A stretch of DNA of 64,000 nt from Nitrospirota bacterium (GTDB lineage: Bacteria; Nitrospirota; Thermodesulfovibrionia; Thermodesulfovibrionales; Dissulfurispiraceae). The translations under genes and the position numbers were made by a program. Below are positions 21,163 to 30,604 of the stretch, one piece after another (position 1 is the first letter of the stretch; the number at the start of each line of letters is the position of its first letter). Location of the stretch: positions 448,001 through 512,000 of the forward strand of contig CAVPZX010000002.1 of assembly GCA_963710375.1 (NCBI GenBank), read 5' to 3'. The notes beneath the pieces were generated by a model. That model had not been told where the DNA came from, made no database searches, and saw only the letters and a program-made list of their open reading frames with translations.

Positions 21163-21178
21163 AATAATAGCTCAGGGC

Positions 21179-22795
21179 TCAGTGGCCGAAAAATCCGCGG
21201 CCGACTTTGTCAGCAATAAGAACCAAAGATATCTTCTTTTTTAGGCAAAAAGCTTTGACATCTTTGTCCATAACCGACCCGCTGGAGGCAAAAATTGTTT
21301 TTATACCTGCCTTGGCAAGAACTTGCGGCCCGTCAGTAAAGGGGAAAAAACTGTCGCTGTATGCAACGGCCCCTTTTGTATCATGTCCGGCATCTTTCGC
21401 TCTGCTTATGGCCAATTTGCAACCACCAACCCTGTCCTGCTGGCCGGTGCCATTGCCAATAAGGTATCCACCCTTTACAAGGGTTACCGTATTGCTGTTG
21501 CTGGTCGATCCAATGGCCCAGGCCAGCAGTATATTAGGATAGTCGCGACCAGTTATATTACCAATCTTCTCCAATTCCGCAGCACTCAGATCAGGGAAGA
21601 ATGAGTAGTTCGGCTGTTTTAGGAAACCGCCACGCACATAACGGAAACGGGGAGCAAGATCAAGACTGTTTTGCCCTAAATTCGCCAGGGCTAAATTAGA
21701 TATAAACCGGCATTTGTCGCCTTTTCGTTCAAGCATCTTCACTGCCTCTTTATCGAAAGAGGGAGCTATGATGCCGTCAAGAAGTCGTCTTTTCCCTTTA
21801 TCCATCTCATAGGTCAGCAAAATCTTCGCTTCCTTGGCGCCGATATGAAAATTCGTCATCACCAGACCGCCAAAAATGGCCCTCTTATCACCGATGATCA
21901 TTTTTTTCAGAGTATCGTCTATTTTTTTCCCGACTGATGCGCCGCAAGGATTGCCGTGCTTTACTGCAACTGCAATATTAGGCAGCGCCGTAAAGTTGAA
22001 TGTAAAAGCTGCCGCAATATGAGTGACTGTCTGCAGCAGCCGGTCTATATCGCAGAGATTATTGTAGCTTGGTGAATCACCGGCTACCTGTTTGAACTTA
22101 TCCATCGCCAAAGAATCGTCCGTCCCACAGCTATACAATCCGGCAGGCGTTTGATAGCCGTTCTCGCCGTATTTACAAGTTAACATTTTAGTTCCAACCA
22201 AGCCGTCAAGTTCACCGGCGCTATGATACCTTGCCGAGGCCAGGCAGTATTCCGAAACGATATACTCTGCCTTTGCACAAAGCATTGTGATAACTTTGTC
22301 TTTATCCGGCTGACCTTTTTTCAACCATTCGATTACGAATTGTCTGTCAGCCGGGTCGCAGATAACGATTCTCCTTCCCTTGGCTGCGGAACGCAACATC
22401 GTCGGCCCACCGATATCGGTTTTTTCGATCACTGATTCAATCGTACTTCCCGGCTTTTTGATTTCATCGTGCAATGGGTACAAATCAACACACACGAGAT
22501 CAATATTGGGAATGCCGAGCTGCTCCATTTCCCTTGTATCTTCTTCGGTTGCTCTGGCCAACAAGCCGGCATGTACTTCCCTGGACAGAGTAACAACCCT
22601 ATGACCAAGTATGGCCTGACCACCTACGAGTGACGCCACATCCTGAACGGGTATTCCCGCTTCAGATAATGTTTTGGCAGTCCCTCCTGAAGCCAGTATA
22701 CTCCAGCCGAGAGCGACTAATGATTTGGCAAACTCAACAATACCTGTCTTGTGATATACGGATAATAAGGCTACTTTCCCATTTCCTTTTTGCAT
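21179..22795 (-). CDS. purH: Bifunctional AICAR transformylase/IMP cyclohydrolase (divergent)
   Basis: ALLSVY.KTGI, SGGTAK, DIGGPTMLRSAAK, KYGEN, VKHGNPCG and SDSFFPF. Confidence 0.9.
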   Translation of the reverse strand: MQKGNGKVALLSVYHKTGIVEFAKSLVALGWSILASGGTAKTLSEAGIPVQDVASLVGGQAILGHRVVTLSREVHAGLLARATEEDTREMEQLGIPNIDLVCVDLYPLHDEIKKPGSTIESVIEKTDIGGPTMLRSAAKGRRIVICDPADRQFVIEWLKKGQPDKDKVITMLCAKAEYIVSEYCLASARYHSAGELDGLVGTKMLTCKYGENGYQTPAGLYSCGTDDSLAMDKFKQVAGDSPSYNNLCDIDRLLQTVTHIAAAFTFNFTALPNIAVAVKHGNPCGASVGKKIDDTLKKMIIGDKRAIFGGLVMTNFHIGAKEAKILLTYEMDKGKRRLLDGIIAPSFDKEAVKMLERKGDKCRFISNLALANLGQNSLDLAPRFRYVRGGFLKQPNYSFFPDLSAAELEKIGNITGRDYPNILLAWAIGSTSNSNTVTLVKGGYLIGNGTGQQDRVGGCKLAISRAKDAGHDTKGAVAYSDSFFPFTDGPQVLAKAGIKTIFASSGSVMDKDVKAFCLKKKISLVLIADKVGRGFFGH

Positions 22796-23016
22796 GTTCC
22801 CTCCAATGAAAAATTCCCGGAATACTCATTTTGCGCTATTTTATTTCAAAAGGGAATTAATTTAACACATCCCGTTAATGGATAAGATATTATCACAATG
22901 AAAGCAAACATACAACGCTTCATTTTCGGGAGAACCGAATCACTGCCAAGCACAGACTACTCTTGTCTTTTTTTGTATAATATGAGGAAACGAGAACAAG
23001 AGGTGACATACTGGAA

Positions 23017-23460
23017 ATGGAACGGAGAATAATCTTCAGGACATGGGACAAGAAAAACCGGCAGATGCTGTATAATCCAGCCGGCAACATAGATTTCGGA
23101 ACATGGTGGAATGAACGCTGCTTAAACGATCCTGGAATGGAAAGCGAGATTATTTTCATGCAGTTCGCCGGTCTCTATGACCGCTCAGGCAAAGAGATAT
23201 TTGAAGGGGACATTATCAACTATCAATCCGCTACTGACACATATGAAAGAGCGATGGTGCATTATCTCAACCGATACGTCTGCTTCGGAGTGGGTAAGGA
23301 CATCCCTCTGCGTAGTTTACGCAGCATTGAGGTTATCGGCAATATATTCGAGAATCCCCAGGAGGTGCCGGATGAATGCGACTTTCCCATAGGAACCCGG
23401 ACCAACACTCTGTTCAATGTGCTCTCTGAGAAGAATAAATATACAAGCAGGCACAAGTAG
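23017..23460 (+). CDS. YopX-family protein
   Basis: IIFRTWD, MQFAGLYDRSGKEIFEGDII and EVIGNIFENP. Confidence 0.85.
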   Translation: MERRIIFRTWDKKNRQMLYNPAGNIDFGTWWNERCLNDPGMESEIIFMQFAGLYDRSGKEIFEGDIINYQSATDTYERAMVHYLNRYVCFGVGKDIPLRSLRSIEVIGNIFENPQEVPDECDFPIGTRTNTLFNVLSEKNKYTSRHK

Positions 23461-23483
23461 AACAACATAGTTGAAAAATTGTC

Positions 23484-24212
23484 ATGGATGCGTCAGCAGA
23501 CATTAATAAGCACATTGCCATATTCAGAAAAACGCTGCACAAGAACTCAAACCCTGAAAGGGCAGCTAAGGAAAAATCCTACCTCAAGAGCCCTTATAAG
23601 TTCTTCGGCGTCACCGTGCCTTTCATAACGAGGATGGCAAAGGACTTTAAAAGGGCAAACAGGGATATAGACAGGGGATTGGTTTTTGAACTCGGCAAAA
23701 GACTCTGGGATTCCGAATACCATCAGGAGAAGACCCTTGCCATAAAACTACTCGAACAATACAGCGAGTATCTCGATTATGAATCAATGCCCATGCTCGA
23801 ATATATGCTATCTGCGTCTGCGGGCTGGGATCATGTAGACGGAATTGCAAACCACCTTGTAGATGCAGTCCTGAGAAAAGACCGGAGGACGTATGAATAC
23901 CTGAAAAAGTGGAGCAAATCTGAAAACTTCTGGATGCACAGGGCCGCCCTAATATCACAGGTGCTTCTTTTCAGAGAGGGCAAGGGTGACAGTGAGCTTT
24001 TCTTCAGCGTGGCAGAAAAGATGATAGAGGAAAAAGAGTTCTTTATAAGAAAAGCGATAGGCTGGGCGCTGAGAGAAATGTCCAAGTCAGAGCCCGATGC
24101 GGTTTTCGATTTCCTCATGAAAGTTAAAGACAGGGCATCGGGCCTCACCCTTAGAGAAGGCTCGAAGCGGCTCCCCGAAGGCAAGAAAAAACTTCTTATT
24201 AAAAAACAATAG
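23484..24212 (+). CDS. AlkD-like DNA alkylation repair protein
   Basis: WDHVD, W..SENFW..R and FFIRKAIGWALRE. Confidence 0.85.
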   Translation: MDASADINKHIAIFRKTLHKNSNPERAAKEKSYLKSPYKFFGVTVPFITRMAKDFKRANRDIDRGLVFELGKRLWDSEYHQEKTLAIKLLEQYSEYLDYESMPMLEYMLSASAGWDHVDGIANHLVDAVLRKDRRTYEYLKKWSKSENFWMHRAALISQVLLFREGKGDSELFFSVAEKMIEEKEFFIRKAIGWALREMSKSEPDAVFDFLMKVKDRASGLTLREGSKRLPEGKKKLLIKKQ

Positions 24213-24217
24213 GAGTA

Positions 24218-24520
24218 TTAAGCTACGATATCGATAAGTTTTTTTGTCATCTCCTCGGAAGCTTGAAGGGATGTAACATTTGCCTTAAATCCTTCTTCCG
24301 TCGAGATCTCGTCAACCGTTTCCTTTGCGATATCTGTTCCTTCCTGACTACTCTGGCTTAATGTGACATAAACACCGCCGTTCACGCCTTCATTCATAAC
24401 TGCATCTGTCGGCTTAAACTTGGCAGTATTGACATTCGCTACATTGTTCGCCGTCACGCTCAGTGTATCTGCATACGCCTTCAAAGCGCTCTCAGCACTA
24501 TTAACGCTGTCAACACTCAT
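24218..24520 (-). CDS. Short flagellar basal-body rod domain protein (FlgC/FlgG-like ends only)
   Basis: ANNVANVNT N-terminal motif; C-terminal FKAN...LIDIVA. Confidence 0.75.
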   Translation of the reverse strand: MSVDSVNSAESALKAYADTLSVTANNVANVNTAKFKPTDAVMNEGVNGGVYVTLSQSSQEGTDIAKETVDEISTEEGFKANVTSLQASEEMTKKLIDIVA

Positions 24521-24581
24521 TTTGCAGCCCCCTCATTACTGTCTTATGCACTATTATAAATAAATTTGAGCCTTTTTGATA

Positions 24582-24597
24582 TGTGATACCTATCACA
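24582..24597. promoter_or_regulatory. CRP/FNR-family-type palindrome
   Basis: TGTGA-N6-TCACA, centred about 32 bp upstream of a minus-strand TATAAT (24553-24558). Confidence 0.55.
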
Positions 24598-24850
24598 AAA
24601 AGAGGAAATATAGTTGAATTATACTTCATTTAATCGCACTTTCCCAAAACAAAGGATCGAAAAAGCTCCCTGATATCAAGCGGAAGCTGAAAATTTTACA
24701 GAGCTTTCCATCGAGAGAAAATCGCTATGAGAAGCTTTCTATTTTTTCAAATCTGAGAGGTTGCCCTAATATCAACTCTTGATTATATAATACATAATAT
24801 TGAGGCAACATAAGAGGCAATAAAATTAGAAGAGGATAGTGGAGGACTTA

Positions 24851-25096
24851 ATGATTTTCTTGATTCAATATGATTGTAGTAGTGGGAACATTGTTAAAAT
24901 GCAAACCTTTAAAAATTCTGAGCGCCAGAAGGCTAATGATTCACGACTTGATATAGAAATTGAACTTAACCGTCAACGCGTCGAGCGTGAAGTTGTCCTT
25001 TTGGAAGCAGAGAGCAAAGAGGCTATGAGGCAAACGCATCGCCGATACTTTGAGAACTTACGCGAACTCACGAAATCACCTACGTATTCTCTTTAG
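24851..25096 (+). CDS. Hypothetical protein
   Basis: MIFLIQYD...THRRYF with GGAGGA SD. Confidence 0.7.
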   Translation: MIFLIQYDCSSGNIVKMQTFKNSERQKANDSRLDIEIELNRQRVEREVVLLEAESKEAMRQTHRRYFENLRELTKSPTYSL

Positions 25097-25143
25097 TTGA
25101 AAGGGGCAGAACATGATCTGCCGCTCAATGTCAGATGTGAGCC

Positions 25144-25204
25144 CCCGGGACATCATATCGAACTTATGATATATATCCCAATTAAGTATGGTGTCCCAGG
25201 AATT
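25144..25204. repeat. REP-like inverted doublet
   Basis: CCCGGGACATCATA ... TATGGTGTCCCAGG imperfect inverted pair. Confidence 0.55.
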
Positions 25205-25418
25205 ATCGTCCGAGGTTGGCAAATAGTTGACAGCAAACCAGACCAAATGTTCGGGGACCTCGGCGGATTACGCAGGACGTACAAGTGCTCGCTGTGTGGG
25301 TTCAGCGAAGATAAGCTGATCACATCGCAATGAGTAGTATTAAACACAACAGCTGAGATGAATCAATGTGCAAGTTATTTATTCGCAGACCCTTAGGCAA
25401 AACTGATACAATAGGAAC

Positions 25419-25730
25419 ATGAAACAGGCAGTCAAAAGTGTAGAACAAGTTAAGGCGATCCTAAAAGAGCACAAGGCTGAAGTAGTCCAGAAGTACCGGG
25501 TCAGCGAGATCGGCATTTTCGGCTCCTTTGTTCGCGGCGAGCAGAAACGTCGGAGCGATATTGACATCCTCGTTGAATTTGAGCAGAGAAATATTCCGGG
25601 TCTCCTTAAGCTCAGCGAGATGGAAAGGTATCTCCAAAGGCTTCTTAAAAAAAAGGTCGATATAGTTATAAAGAGTGGGATTCGTCCGGAACTTAAGCAA
25701 GGTATATTGAAAGAGGTGGTCTATATATGA
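25419..25730 (+). CDS. MNT minimal nucleotidyltransferase antitoxin
   Basis: GIFGSFVRGEQ..RSDIDILV. Confidence 0.9.
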   Translation: MKQAVKSVEQVKAILKEHKAEVVQKYRVSEIGIFGSFVRGEQKRRSDIDILVEFEQRNIPGLLKLSEMERYLQRLLKKKVDIVIKSGIRPELKQGILKEVVYI

Positions 25731-26107
25731 CAAGAGAATGGAAATTCTTCATTCAGGATATCTATGACGCAATACAACACATAAAACAGTTTGTCGGCAC
25801 AATGAAGCGCAAGGATTTTCTTGCCGATGATAAGACCAGGAGTGCTGTTGCGTTCAAGATTGAGAATATTGGAGAAGCATCTAAAAATATACCTAAGGAG
25901 ATAAGGGCGAAATACAAGGACCTTCCCTGGACCGACATGGCGAGGATGAGAGATAAGATTACTCATTTCTATTTCGGGATAAATTACAAAGTGGTATGGT
26001 CAGTTGTAAAGAAAGAGTTGCCTGCTATCGAACCTGTCATTACGAAAGTCTTAAGCGACCTGAAAGTGTCTACATCCAAGAAAAAGACATCGAAAATAAC
26101 TTATTGA
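25727..26107 (+). CDS. HEPN (DUF86/HepT-like) ribonuclease toxin
   Basis: IGEA and RDKITHFY (Rx4HxY); ATGA overlap with MNT. Confidence 0.9.
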   Translation: MTREWKFFIQDIYDAIQHIKQFVGTMKRKDFLADDKTRSAVAFKIENIGEASKNIPKEIRAKYKDLPWTDMARMRDKITHFYFGINYKVVWSVVKKELPAIEPVITKVLSDLKVSTSKKKTSKITY

Positions 26108-26116
26108 AATTCAGAG

Positions 26117-26189
<73 letters not shown>

Positions 26190-26275
26190 AACGTGTTATA
26201 ATTTAAACATTTTTTATATTGCCTGTCAAACTGTTTTCCCTCATTGTGTCCAAATTGTGCCCAATTAAAGGTTTC

Positions 26276-26338
26276 TTACTCGCCTACTTCTTGGAGCATA
26301 TCAAGGAGGAGCTTATGAACTATTACCTTGAGCTTCAT
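26276..26338 (-). pseudogene. HicB-like antitoxin stub
   Basis: 20-codon ORF MKLKVIVHKLLLDMLQEVGE with AGAGG SD; the first 9 residues resemble HicB N-termini. Confidence 0.4.
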
Positions 26339-26364
26339 AGCAACGCCTCTTTTGGAGCGATTGA

Positions 26365-26589
26365 TTATGCGGTTTTCTGCATCAACTTTTTATCAAGTTC
26401 AAGTTCATAAGAGAGAATTGTTTTGATGTTCATTTTTTTTGAAGCATTGAGAATTTCTATGCCTACTATCTTATTCTCAGACGTTGTATCTAAATTAACA
26501 CCCTCAGCAATCTCAATAACTCCGTCAGGCTTCTGGTTCCCCAATTTGATATATATAGCGTCAACCTCATCATCATAATGTACTTTCAT
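26365..26589 (-). CDS. DUF2283-family protein
   Basis: MKVHYDDEVDAIYIKL ... IVGIEILNAS. Confidence 0.85.
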   Translation of the reverse strand: MKVHYDDEVDAIYIKLGNQKPDGVIEIAEGVNLDTTSENKIVGIEILNASKKMNIKTILSYELELDKKLMQKTA

Positions 26590-26656
26590 TTTCCCCCCTA
26601 TTTGAATTATAACCTATTTTTTTCAAGAAACAGCGCGGTATTTGACAATAGCGCGC

Positions 26657-26735
26657 CTAAGTTCCTCCATGTTTCCATCCTTTAATAGCTTTTGCTTCCG
26701 TCTTGTGTACCGGTGACAAATAAGCATAACGGTAA
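26657..26735 (-). pseudogene. Possible tyrosine integrase C-terminal remnant
   Basis: YRYAYLSPVHKTEA resembles the RYAHLSPxH catalytic-Tyr motif. Confidence 0.4.
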
Positions 26736-26827
26736 TTGTGTGGTTGCAAATTTATGCAAAGTTGATACAATAAATTAAACAAGACATAAAATGTGAGATA
26801 TCTGTCACATACTATAAGGAGGAAGAA

Positions 26828-27319
26828 ATGAGAAGAAGCATGTATGGAGTTTTTGGATTGACCGCTTTTCTTTGGTCGCTGCTTGCCCTCGTGGGGACTA
26901 GTGAGACATTGGCTGGAGTGCAGATCGGCATCAACATCGGGCCCCCGGCTATAGTTGTCGCTGCCCCGCCTGAAGTGGTAGCGGTCCCTGGCTCCCAGGT
27001 CTACTTCGTGCCCCAGCCCGGCATCGACGTATTCTTCTACGGCGGCTACTGGTGGTCTCCGCGCGGGGACCGCTGGTACCGTGCACTCGCTTACAACGGG
27101 CCTTGGGTGGTAATTAAGCGTCGCTTTGTCCCCGGGCCGGTAATCGCTGTCCCAAGGGATTACCGGGAGCGCTTCGCCAGGGAGCGGCACGTCCCTTATG
27201 GGGAGTGGAATAGGGCAGGAAGGCACGGGCAGAGAGAGGAACGCAAGCATGACCAGAAGGAAGAACGCAGGCATGATCAGAGGGAGGAAAGGTCCGGCCA
27301 CGAACATGACCGCTACTAG
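26828..27319 (+). CDS. Exported Pro/Trp/Gly-rich hypothetical protein with charged tail
   Basis: AGGAGG SD, signal peptide, GINIGPP, FFYGGYWW and a low-complexity R/E/H tail. Confidence 0.8.
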   Translation: MRRSMYGVFGLTAFLWSLLALVGTSETLAGVQIGINIGPPAIVVAAPPEVVAVPGSQVYFVPQPGIDVFFYGGYWWSPRGDRWYRALAYNGPWVVIKRRFVPGPVIAVPRDYRERFARERHVPYGEWNRAGRHGQREERKHDQKEERRHDQREERSGHEHDRY

Positions 27320-27545
27320 GATGAGGCGGGATATTTCGAACAATGAGGGTTCTCTGGACGGTTAAAGAAGTACATCGTTAGCTGTGAATACTGTGAATAA
27401 TTGCCAGCCGGGAGGCTGAGGTGCATTGCATCCTTGATGGGCCTCCCGTGTTGATTTTCGGATTAATCCGGCCTAACTTTTCTGATTATTCTGACCCTTT
27501 CGTTTTAGCCTGACCCATTGGGGGCATTTCTGCCCCCTGCACAGA

Positions 27546-28354
27546 TCAGATGATTTCTGTTGACGCGACACGAACATGGTCTGCGGATACGGCCGTACAT
27601 TTTTCTGCGGCGGCGGCCACCAGTGACCCACGGGCAAGATTGTTGGCTCTCCTGAGCAGTCCGCCTGAACCCTGATGTATTGCCGTGACAGCCTGTTCCG
27701 AGAACAGATTCTTTTTGCATCCGGCGATATTCTGATGGTGCTGCAAATAGGTAGCCATATCTTCGGCATTAAGAGATTCCATATGGCCCCTTGCTACTAC
27801 ACGTGATGCCAGAGGCCTTGATTGGCGGAACATCAGACTGTCCATGAGATTATTCTGTCCGGCAAGCACTACTGGCAGCACGGATTTGGAATCTCCTTCG
27901 AACTGTACCAATGTATGCAGCTCCGAGAAGACATCAAGGCGTATAAGTGATGCTTCGTCTATGATAAGCACGGGTTTCTCTTTCTTATCGACGAGTTCCA
28001 TAATACAGCTTTTTATAATTCTGCTGAGTATAGCTTTTGACTGCCTTTCACTTCTATGTTCAGGGCATGGCATATCTGCTTATATAGTTCTGCGATGGTT
28101 CCTGATGTGGCCGTAACATATAGCACGCGATATTCCGAAGGGTGCAGCGTTGAGGAGGCAAAACGCAATGCTGATGATTTACCGCTGCCTACGTCGCCGG
28201 TGATGATTGCTATGGCTCCAAGGTTCACAGCATAAAGGAAGCGCTCTTTTACACCAACGAGACCGGCATGTTTCATCATGTCTTCTACTCTTATATCCGG
28301 CGAGAAGGGTTCTTTTTTGAAACCGAAGAATACTCTGTAGTGTTCCCTGCTCAT
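27546..28354 (-). pseudogene. ExeA-family AAA ATPase split by a frameshift near 28041
   Basis: Walker A GDVGSGKS in 28013-28354; Walker B LIIDEA and LAGQ in 27546-28073; junction GGC AG|TCA AAA. Confidence 0.85.
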
Positions 28355-29676
28355 GATTGTCCCTCCTCTGTATTGTCTTTTCCGAACAGTTTTCCGCCAT
28401 CGTACCGGCCAGTAGAGTCGTCGCCGATTTCAAAAGTATCCCTGCCCCTGGTGCCTTTGTCCCTTCTGACACGATAGTTGACGTTTACATCGAGCATGAC
28501 TGCAAACCCATATGTCTTACCGTCATGGGTAATCTCCATCCGGGCAGGATCATGTTTATGGTACAAGAGAGTTACCCGTTTGCCGATGAGGCCGACGGGG
28601 ACCTCATACAAACGGCCCTCTATCGCAACGGTCCTGTCTTTTGCCACTGTTCGTTTTGCCGTTTTCCTGAAATGGTCTTCGAGGTTTTTAGGGGCCGGTC
28701 GTACACACTCTATATTGCGAATGAATCTCTTGAAGGGTTCTTCTTTCGTGATGCTATGGATTTTTTCATTGTAAGATTCAATCCATTGCCGGAGTGATTC
28801 ATTGAGCCCATCCAAAGTCGTTGCTTTCTGGACACTCAGCAGTTGTTCACGCACTGTACGAAAGATGCGTTCTACTTTGCCGCGACCTTCAGGCTGATAA
28901 GGTTTTGAGTGTATAAGCACAATGCCCAAGGAGGCGCAGGTATGTTCAAGATGATGGCTCCTGAAAGCAGAGCCGTTGTCTACGTATAGTTTCCTTGGGA
29001 CCCCTCTTTTCAGCAGCGCCTTTCTGAAACAGTCCAGGAAACATTCCAGTTTTTCGTGCAGGTAAAACTCCGCGTGCAAGACCAGCCTGCTCATGTCATC
29101 CACAAAACACAGCAAGTAGGCCTTGCGTTGTTTATCTTCAACCGTTACAGATGGGCCATGCATGATGTCAGACTGCCACAGGTCATTTGGGTTTTCTGCC
29201 TCGAATCTCCGGCGGTCCTGCGGGTCACCATCACCGGGAACTTTTTGCAAAAGTCCTTCCGCTAATAACAAACGATAAAGCGCCGAATATGTTACCTTCA
29301 TTCCCGGCAATATAATCTTACGGCCATGTGCCTCTTGCAGGAGAGTCGGCAATAAGACCGCCGGCATCTCTTTCCTCAACGCAATCAGTCCCTGCGCCGT
29401 CTCCGGATCAATCGCACGTGTCTTGCCGCGATCACAACGCTCTTGAGGATATAATGCTTCAAGCTTGTTGCCTGCAAGTTTGTACCTGGCTATCCATTCC
29501 TTGATCGTAGATTCTCCGATCCGTGTCCGCATACTGCCTGGTATTATCCACCGCCGGGCGCACTTCTCCCGTATCAGGCGCTCCGTCTCTCCCCGTTCCA
29601 ACTGCCCGCCCCCTACAAAATCAGCAATGACTCCAAATCTGAACACCGCCACCCGCTGCTTCATCTCTTCCGTCAT
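28351..29676 (-). CDS. DDE (rve/Mu-like) transposase
   Basis: HTH, WQSD, VDDMSR, YVDNGS, GKVER and a Mu-transposase-like C-terminus. Confidence 0.92.
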   Translation of the reverse strand: MTEEMKQRVAVFRFGVIADFVGGGQLERGETERLIREKCARRWIIPGSMRTRIGESTIKEWIARYKLAGNKLEALYPQERCDRGKTRAIDPETAQGLIALRKEMPAVLLPTLLQEAHGRKIILPGMKVTYSALYRLLLAEGLLQKVPGDGDPQDRRRFEAENPNDLWQSDIMHGPSVTVEDKQRKAYLLCFVDDMSRLVLHAEFYLHEKLECFLDCFRKALLKRGVPRKLYVDNGSAFRSHHLEHTCASLGIVLIHSKPYQPEGRGKVERIFRTVREQLLSVQKATTLDGLNESLRQWIESYNEKIHSITKEEPFKRFIRNIECVRPAPKNLEDHFRKTAKRTVAKDRTVAIEGRLYEVPVGLIGKRVTLLYHKHDPARMEITHDGKTYGFAVMLDVNVNYRVRRDKGTRGRDTFEIGDDSTGRYDGGKLFGKDNTEEGQS

Positions 29677-29779
29677 CAAAAACCTCCTCGTTATTGATGA
29701 TGAAGATTTACCACAACGAATTCCTCTGCGTCACCGCAACTCTTGGGGGGATTCTTAATAACTTGAAACTATTTGCGTT

Positions 29780-30232
29780 TTATCCTGCCCGCGCTACCGG
29801 GATCCTGCCCCGATACACCAGTTCATAGAATCCCTCAATATAATCACCTCCAAAATCCATCCCAAGATGCGCTTTTATGTTTCTGCTTAAGGCACGAAGC
29901 CAGTGCTGGCGGCGTTGCCGGCTCAACAGGCCATTCATCTGCCATATACCATCTTGCATTCGCTGGGAAACACTGCTTAAAATTGCAACCGCAGAAACCT
30001 GGAAACGAGGCCAGTATCCAAAAGGTCGCAATGTGTAAATACAGCCGCAGTCTGCACAGACATATCGCTTTAGTGGCAAAGCCGAGGAGTAGCCGTCATA
30101 AAGTTTATCTTTGAAACCATGCCCCCAGATTCTCGTGCTTCCGCATTGCAAACAAGTCGGCGGGCGCGGAAAGGGATACTTCTTGCCAAGATCAAATAAT
30201 TGCTTGATACAAACCATCAGAAAAAGTGACAA
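29780..30232 (-). CDS. IS-associated zinc-finger protein (DUF6431-like)
   Basis: CLQCGS..WGHG ... RYVCADCG, inside the IRs. Confidence 0.8.
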   Translation of the reverse strand: MSLFLMVCIKQLFDLGKKYPFPRPPTCLQCGSTRIWGHGFKDKLYDGYSSALPLKRYVCADCGCIYTLRPFGYWPRFQVSAVAILSSVSQRMQDGIWQMNGLLSRQRRQHWLRALSRNIKAHLGMDFGGDYIEGFYELVYRGRIPVARAG

Positions 30233-30497
30233 TAAATCTCCTTTTGTCCGGGGCTGTGGAGATTCTCCTCCGTCAAGATGTGAAACTCCCTGCCTCGGGC
30301 GCTTTCCTAAATTGTTAATCCGGTTATTTTAAAACGAATAGATTAAAAGGTGGGTTTGATTATTGCGATTAAAACGCTGCTAATTGGACTGGCTTAATTC
30401 GGAAAACAACACTCCCGGCACATATATCTATGATCAGTTCGAACATGACACCCACAAGTTCCAAGCAAAAATAAACTGACCCACCAGCTGGATGTAG

Positions 30498-30542
30498 CGA
30501 CATATTTGTCGCTACAAATATGTAGTAGCTACAAATATGTAG
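30498..30542. promoter_or_regulatory. Three tandem palindromes CKACA-N4-TGTMG (candidate enhancer sites)
   Basis: CGACATATTTGTCG 30498-30511; CTACAAATATGTAG 30512-30525 and 30529-30542. Confidence 0.65.
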
Positions 30543-30588
30543 GACAGATAATTAATAACTTCCCAATAGAATCATATGGTTAACTATC

Positions 30589-30604
30589 TGGTATGGTTTT
30601 AGCA
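30589..30604 (+). promoter_or_regulatory. Sigma54 (-24/-12) promoter of amtB
   Basis: TGGTATGGTTTTAGCA, i.e. GG-N10-GC. Confidence 0.7.

Larger units (their letters stand above)
27449..30411 (-). mobile_element. Complete three-ORF IS (Zn-finger ORF, DDE transposase, ExeA-type AAA ATPase)
   Basis: IRs TGTTGATTTTCGGATTAATCC / TGTTGTTTTCCGAATTAAGCC (rc); 6-bp TSD CTCCCG at 27443-27448 and 30412-30417. Confidence 0.93.

Noticed and set aside
22796..23016. ZTP riboswitch upstream of purH
   Set aside because: AT-rich, with none of the conserved ZTP/pfl sequence blocks visible.
24600..26116. Intact genomic island with an att duplication of the tRNA-Ala 3' end
   Set aside because: No second copy of the tRNA 3' end seen by eye and no intact integrase.
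26657..27343. 228-aa minus-strand ORF
   Set aside because: Mostly antisense to 26828-27319; only its last codons are kept, as a possible integrase remnant.
28030..28060. Programmed frameshift in the IS ATPase
   Set aside because: No slippery heptamer or homopolymer run at the junction; a simple deletion is more likely.
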